Shown here: positions 59,601 to 64,000 of the stretch, piece by piece
How the letters are laid out: the number at the start of each line of letters is the position of its first letter
How positions within the stretch are numbered: position 1 is the first letter of the stretch
From: Patescibacteria group bacterium
Lineage (GTDB): Bacteria; Patescibacteriota; Patescibacteriia; Patescibacteriales; WJLG01
NCBI GenBank assembly: GCA_028707065.1
Contig: JAQTUZ010000002.1
Coordinates: 6,513 to 70,512 of the forward strand
Direction: 5' to 3'
DNA: 64,000 bases
Position numbers and translations under genes: made by a program
Notes under the pieces: generated by a model
What the model was told of the DNA's origin: nothing
Database searches by the model: none
The model's input: the letters and a program-made list of their open reading frames with translations, nothing else

Positions 59601-60386
59601 ATGAAAACTATCGGAAATAAAAAATCATATTCTGAAAGCCAGCTTAGAAAAAATAGAATAATAAAATATAGCGCGCTAGTGACTCTTTTGGTGATTTTTA
59701 TAGTTCTAATAAAATACGCCATCTTGCCTATATTTCAACCCAAGGTATGGATGAATGCGAATTCTTGGGTAATTTTAATACTTATAGTTTTGGGGGCTAT
59801 TACCGGAATTGCCGCGCTGGCTATGTCAAAGTGGTTAGAATCATTTTTCGACAAGGTGAATTATAATATAAGCATTTCGGCAGCAGGGGACGAGGGTGAG
59901 AAAAAAGTTTATGATGAGTTGCGTAAAGTTTTAGACGATAAATATACCGTTTATCCTAACTATATTATTCCCGGACATAAATTCGATCTCGATTTTTTGA
60001 TAGTCGGGCCAAAAGGATTGATAGTGATGGAAGTTAAGAATTTTTCCAATTCGACTGTTTTTTCTGAAGATAAAGCCCTTAGTGTAAAAGAGTCTGGGTA
60101 TAAGAAAGAAGTTACAAAACTGGTCGGCAGTTCCGATCCGCGCAATAAAATTGATATTCATTGCAAGGTTATGAATAGTTATTTAAATTATTTGAATTTT
60201 GATAATATTAAAATCAGAAAAGTTTTAGTGTTTGCGAAAGATCACATTACAATTGAAGGAAAATCTAAAATTTATATCGTTAAAAAAATTAACGAATTAG
60301 GTCAATATTTTGATAGTCTTTATCGAGACGAAAGATTTACGCCGGAATTTTGCGAGGAAATAAATAAAAAGTTATTAATTAATTAA
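59601..60386 (+). CDS. membrane-anchored NERD (nuclease-related domain) protein
   Basis: 261 aa. Two N-terminal TM helices, then GDEGEKKVYDELRKVL..KFDLDFLIVGPKGLIVMEVKNFS, which is the NERD pattern (GxxGE..., D-h-h-h, hhhhE.K). Confidence 0.7.
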   Translation: MKTIGNKKSYSESQLRKNRIIKYSALVTLLVIFIVLIKYAILPIFQPKVWMNANSWVILILIVLGAITGIAALAMSKWLESFFDKVNYNISISAAGDEGEKKVYDELRKVLDDKYTVYPNYIIPGHKFDLDFLIVGPKGLIVMEVKNFSNSTVFSEDKALSVKESGYKKEVTKLVGSSDPRNKIDIHCKVMNSYLNYLNFDNIKIRKVLVFAKDHITIEGKSKIYIVKKINELGQYFDSLYRDERFTPEFCEEINKKLLIN

Positions 60387-60534
60387 CTTAATTATAAAAT
60401 TTTTAATTATTTAAAATTTGTTCCAGAAAATGTAGTAGATAAGATGTAGACAACTAGCCCTTCGCAAATTAGCTATTCTAAGCTAAGATACACTGGACTT
60501 TAACCCATATATTGGTTAAACTATAATTGACAAT

Positions 60535-60732
60535 TTAAGCCGGGTAAAACCGGGCGCCTAAACTCGTAAGACCTCTTGCGGGCATGGTGCGAAAACTCGT
60601 TGAAAATACTGATCCCCACGATCAGCGACTTTTCAACGAGTCATATCTGGAAACGGGTATGGGACCGCAAGGTCTAGCTGGCGTGGGGTTTAGTGTTTCT
60701 ATGACCAGCTAAACCACTTAGTTGGTTTTTTA
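60535..60732 (+). ncRNA. candidate structured RNA / 5' leader of unknown class upstream of the thermonuclease gene
   Basis: tataat at 60522-60527. Nested helices: agacct(c)ttgcgg 60569-60581 with accgcaaggtct 60664-75; perfect 12-bp actcgttgaaaa/ttttcaacgagt (60594-605 / 60629-40) enclosing ctgatc/gatcag. Terminator-like accagct/agttggt + tttttt at 60704-60732. Confidence 0.35.
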
Positions 60733-60751
60733 TTATTAATTAATAAAAAAT

Positions 60752-61912
60752 ATGGAAAATTTAGTCGCCACTTTATTTTTAGCCTCATTTGTTTGTCTGA
60801 TTATCGGCCTGGTTCGTCCGAATTCATTTAAGGGATTATTTAAGGGTAAAGAACTGAATAGAAAATCCATTCTTAAAATATTCGGAACAGCTACGGCTGT
60901 TTTATTTGTTTTCACGTTGTTTTTGGCTCCGCCGGCAGAAAAGTTAAGTAATGACACAAAGCAAAGCACTGCAACCACTTCGAAGATCACGGATCAGAAT
61001 AGTGCTTCGCCGTCGGCAGGGGATTTGGAAAAAACGCAGTCGCAAACGGCTCCGGCGGCCACCGGCACGGAGGAGGTTATTGATAACGGATCAGGTATTG
61101 TTGCTGACGCACCAGTTAATAATAAGTTGGCAGATAATTCAATATCGGGGCGGGCGACAATTTCAGCCGAAAAGAATACTCCGCCCGCAACGGCGCCAGT
61201 TAAGACGAATGATCCGGCGCCAACCATTCCGGTTACTGCTAAACCGAACTCCCAGTATGTATTTTATTCGGTGACCGATGTTGTCGATGGCGATACGATC
61301 AAGGTAAATATAGGCGGTACGATTACGACGCTTCGTCTTATCGGTATCGACACGCCGGAAACAGTGGATCCGAGAAAGCCGGTTCAATGCTTCGGCAAAG
61401 AGGCGTCGAACAAAGCCAAAGAACTCCTTTCCGGCCAAAAGGTCCGGCTGGAAAAAGACCCTTCGCAAGGCGAACTGGATAAATACGGCCGCACCCTTGC
61501 CTATGTCTATCGCGTAGATGGTTTGTTTTACAACAAATATATGATCGCTCAGGGCTATGCCCACGAATATACTTACGATACTCCCTATAAATATCAGGCC
61601 GAATTCAAAGCGGCGCAAAAGACGGCCCAGGATAACCAGTTGGGATTGTGGTCGCCCAGCACTTGCAATGGCGACACTACGCAAGCCGCCGTGTCCTCGG
61701 TACCATCCGCAAATACGAGCGCGACTGCCGATTCTACACCGTCCGGTAAATTTTACACATCTTCATATAGCACTTCTAAGTATTATTATCCGGCCGATTG
61801 TTCGGGCTGGCAGAGCCTGACTCCTAAATATCTTAAGGCGTTTGATTCTCTGGCCGCGCTATTAGCCGCTTATCCATCCCGGACTTTAAGTCCGCAGTGT
61901 CAGAAAGAGTAA
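60752..61912 (+). CDS. membrane-anchored secreted thermonuclease (SNase family) with Cys-containing C-terminal domain
   Basis: 386 aa. N-terminal TM, a Thr/Ala/Pro-rich linker, and an SNase core VVDGDTIKV..LRLIGIDTPET..CFGKEA..LEKD..DKYGRTLAYVY..GYA. C-terminal YY.ADC.GW..L..-..LSPQC segment. Confidence 0.85.
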   Translation: MENLVATLFLASFVCLIIGLVRPNSFKGLFKGKELNRKSILKIFGTATAVLFVFTLFLAPPAEKLSNDTKQSTATTSKITDQNSASPSAGDLEKTQSQTAPAATGTEEVIDNGSGIVADAPVNNKLADNSISGRATISAEKNTPPATAPVKTNDPAPTIPVTAKPNSQYVFYSVTDVVDGDTIKVNIGGTITTLRLIGIDTPETVDPRKPVQCFGKEASNKAKELLSGQKVRLEKDPSQGELDKYGRTLAYVYRVDGLFYNKYMIAQGYAHEYTYDTPYKYQAEFKAAQKTAQDNQLGLWSPSTCNGDTTQAAVSSVPSANTSATADSTPSGKFYTSSYSTSKYYYPADCSGWQSLTPKYLKAFDSLAALLAAYPSRTLSPQCQKE

Positions 61913-61946
61913 AAAAAGCTTTGTGATCCCGTTACCCGTTTCAATA

Positions 61947-63482
61947 TTAATCGCAAACAACGTCTTGCGGGTACTCGTCGTCATCTTCGCCAATAATTAT
62001 TACGGGACTATCGATGTATAGGGTGTGATCTCGATGGATCATTTTAGTCGTCAAACAGGTAAAAGCATCTACCAAGTCATCGTGTTTTTCTTTGCCGAAA
62101 TTAACCATTTGATTTATTAACTCCTCGGCGCCATGCTTCGGAAATAATATTTTACCGTTTTGAATATAAGGGCTGATAGCCGCCAACCTGGCTCTTTTAT
62201 CTCCTTTTGGTATATAATCCTCAATTTTTAATCGTTTAGGTTCACCCCAGGTTTTGTAGACATTATCAATATCTTTTTGAAGCAATTGAATTAATGCTTG
62301 CTGATATCCAACACCTTCGATAAATATTCGATTTTTTTTGTAGGAGCTGTTCAGCTCAATTAATTCTCTGACGGTTTCCACCGTTTTCGGAAAAGTCAGT
62401 CTCTGGTTAAGGGGATTGGGTAAAATATATATTCGAAAAAATTCTTCCGCCCCGAACATTTCCGCTGATACCATAGCCGTATAATCGGCTGATTCCTTCT
62501 CTGAAATTGCCAGATCAATGCCGGTGCCGTGAAAGCGGAATCTGTCCTCTTTGGTCTGCGTTTCGTAGTCGTTTGGTATTTCGTCGTAATAATGTATCCA
62601 TTCGGGATGAACAACCCTTTCCTGGTCGGAAATTATTCTTAAAAGATATTCTCTCTGCCAAGATGATTCGTTGGCGATTTTTTTTCTCTCTATTTCAATT
62701 TCGTCCATATTCTTAAATTTTCCAGTCCAGGTTATTTGGTTTGCTTCGTCAATCAAAGGAACGGTCAGCAGTCTGGCATTCATTTCTCCGGCTTCAATTT
62801 TTTCTTTTATTCTCATAAGCAAAGAATCCTCGTGGAGCAAGTTGCCGACGAATATTATTTTAGTGCTTTTATCCCCGGCCGGAATAACTTCGCCTGATAT
62901 CCATTGATGGATTTTGTCCCTGCCCTCTTTTGTTTTAACGCTTTGCAGATCCTCAATATCGTCGCAGATTATTAAATCCGGACGATACTGCATGTGCTTC
63001 ATGCCCCGGATGGTTTGCTCCATGGAAGCGGCAGTAATGCGCGCTTCATATTTCGGAATTACTAAAGACATCGATCCCCACTCATCTTCAATTTGCTGAA
63101 ACGGTCCGAGGTCTGCTCTTAGCAATTCGTTTCCTTCCAATTCTTTGCGGATATTTATCAGATGTTGCCTGGCTTGCCGCTGGGTTTGCCCAAGAATGAT
63201 AACAAATTTTTTTTGCGGTTTGCCAAGGATGGACCAAATGGGATAAGACAAGGTAAAGATCGTCGATTTTGCGCTGCCCCTGAAAGCCATGATTAAGGCT
63301 GTGTTGATTGTTTCATCTTCCGTTATATTGAACATTTTGTAATGAAAATCGGCAAAGGGATAAAACATGTAATGGTTGAAGTAAACGCTGAAAAACCAAA
63401 GATGGCTGTCGTTGGTTACGGCGACTCTTGATTTGCGGTCGCGAATCATTTCTTCAACTTGCTCTTTGTTGATCTCGGCCAT
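61947..63482 (-). CDS. phage terminase large subunit
   Basis: ORF track start 63548; I prefer the ATG at 63482 (MAEINKEQ), 13 nt after the upstream gene. Walker A-like AFRGSAKST, Walker B-like DLIICDDIED, and a C-terminal nuclease-like region with conserved acidic residues (..HDDLVDAF..). Confidence 0.8.
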   Translation of the reverse strand: MAEINKEQVEEMIRDRKSRVAVTNDSHLWFFSVYFNHYMFYPFADFHYKMFNITEDETINTALIMAFRGSAKSTIFTLSYPIWSILGKPQKKFVIILGQTQRQARQHLINIRKELEGNELLRADLGPFQQIEDEWGSMSLVIPKYEARITAASMEQTIRGMKHMQYRPDLIICDDIEDLQSVKTKEGRDKIHQWISGEVIPAGDKSTKIIFVGNLLHEDSLLMRIKEKIEAGEMNARLLTVPLIDEANQITWTGKFKNMDEIEIERKKIANESSWQREYLLRIISDQERVVHPEWIHYYDEIPNDYETQTKEDRFRFHGTGIDLAISEKESADYTAMVSAEMFGAEEFFRIYILPNPLNQRLTFPKTVETVRELIELNSSYKKNRIFIEGVGYQQALIQLLQKDIDNVYKTWGEPKRLKIEDYIPKGDKRARLAAISPYIQNGKILFPKHGAEELINQMVNFGKEKHDDLVDAFTCLTTKMIHRDHTLYIDSPVIIIGEDDDEYPQDVVCD

Positions 63483-63495
63483 ATGTTTTTTATAG

Positions 63496-63924
63496 TTAAG
63501 AAGAAGCAGGTTTTTCTTCTTGGCTAGTAAGTAAATTATTGTTTTCAAACAATGAGGCGAGTTTTAATGCTTGCTTGATGCTTTCCTCTTGCTCGGGCGT
63601 CAGGCGGCCGTTGTCAGTTTTTACTCTCCCGTCTATCTCCAGTTTGTTGGCGTAGTTTTTATGATTGTGGTTGAGCCAGTAAATAATCGCCGTAAGATTG
63701 TTATTTTTAATAGCGGTGAGCAGTTGTGATTCGGCAAAATCATTTATCAAGTGCCGTCCGTCGCAGATAGCTTTGTTGACGGCTTCGGCGAATTTTTCGT
63801 CATTTTCTTTCCAGCGGTAAAAGGTTGTCCGGGGAAGACCGATTTTTTCGCAAACGACCTGCACAATCGGAGTTTTATTCAATTGCTCGATGGCTAATTG
63901 TTTTAATTTTTCATCGTCTTTCAT
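63496..63924 (-). CDS. terminase small subunit-like HTH protein
   Basis: 142 aa. An N-terminal helix-turn-helix (VCEKIGLPRTTFYRWKENDEKF) directly upstream of the TerL gene. Confidence 0.6.
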   Translation of the reverse strand: MKDDEKLKQLAIEQLNKTPIVQVVCEKIGLPRTTFYRWKENDEKFAEAVNKAICDGRHLINDFAESQLLTAIKNNNLTAIIYWLNHNHKNYANKLEIDGRVKTDNGRLTPEQEESIKQALKLASLFENNNLLTSQEEKPASS

Positions 63925-64000
63925 ATTTTTTCAGATTTTAAGCCTGCGATTTTTTCCCAGCGGGCGATAATAGTTGAACAATGGCCTTCGTCTATTTCGA

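Larger units (their letters stand above)
48329..64000. mobile_element. putative integrated phage-like element (serine recombinase, AT-rich defence cargo, terminase genes); right end beyond the window, left end unresolved
   Basis: Serine integrase at the left, TerS/TerL-like genes at the right, and a visibly AT-richer block at 49.7-60.4 kb between them. This was judged by eye and not computed. No att repeats identified. Confidence 0.5.

Noticed and set aside
60535-60732. Assignment of the structured leader to a known riboswitch class (c-di-GMP-I because of gggaccgcaaggtc; also ZTP, ykkC, fluoride).
   Set aside because: Only a short chance resemblance to the GGGACGCAAAGCC box was found. The helices I can draw do not reproduce the architecture of any of these classes. 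It is kept only as an unclassified candidate.
1-64000. Alternative genetic code (UGA as Gly/Trp, as in some CPR lineages).
   Set aside because: leuS, the giant ORF and the PLD-SNF2 helicase gene end at TGA at positions consistent with family lengths. Long ORFs are intact under code 11.

Overview
This 64-kb fragment reads like a Candidate Phyla Radiation (Patescibacteria)-type bacterial genome. That lineage call is an inference from gene content and repeat style, with no search run. The standard code applies, since TGA terminates leuS and the giant ORF. A thin housekeeping set (porG-porD-porA, dsbA-like, xth, leuS, rsmA, radA, recG, GT4 glycosyltransferase, P-type ATPase, tRNA-Arg x2, tRNA-Ser) is interleaved with three accessory blocks. 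(1) A cell-surface / host-interaction block of about 21 kb (11.5-33.3 kb) holds a TSP3-repeat protein, a 2816-aa Cys-rich giant protein, a beta-propeller protein and a minimal Gram-positive-style type IV secretion cluster (VirB6-like, PrgI/VirB3-like, an apparently split VirB4). A T4SS-pilin-like gene missing from the ORF track runs off the left edge. (2) A tRNA-Arg hot-spot (39.7-41.4 kb) holds two 171-bp tandem units that mimic the tRNA 3' end, plus three tRNA-Arg fragments, each interrupted at the same D-arm position by double-hairpin elements. (3) A visibly AT-richer integrated element runs from about 48.3 kb to the right edge (large serine recombinase to phage terminase). It carries a translationally coupled three-gene operon: PLD-SNF2 helicase, gamma-class N6-adenine methyltransferase, and an uncharacterised protein ending in a Zn-ribbon and PD-(D/E)xK motif. 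Two membrane proteins follow, one with a NERD domain. This operon is my top candidate for an undescribed defence system. Other notable observations: a Nudix hydrolase domain is embedded inside leucyl-tRNA synthetase. Small GC-rich palindromic elements are inserted in frame into porA, porD, xth, leuS and recG, in the style of Rickettsia palindromic elements. A four-helix-bundle (23S-IVS family) gene is flanked by perfect 27-bp inverted repeats inside the T4SS operon. Nearly every intergenic spacer is built from an inverted pair of a spacer-specific short word. No rRNA genes or CRISPR arrays were seen. All domain calls rest on motifs read by eye; no searches or computations were run.
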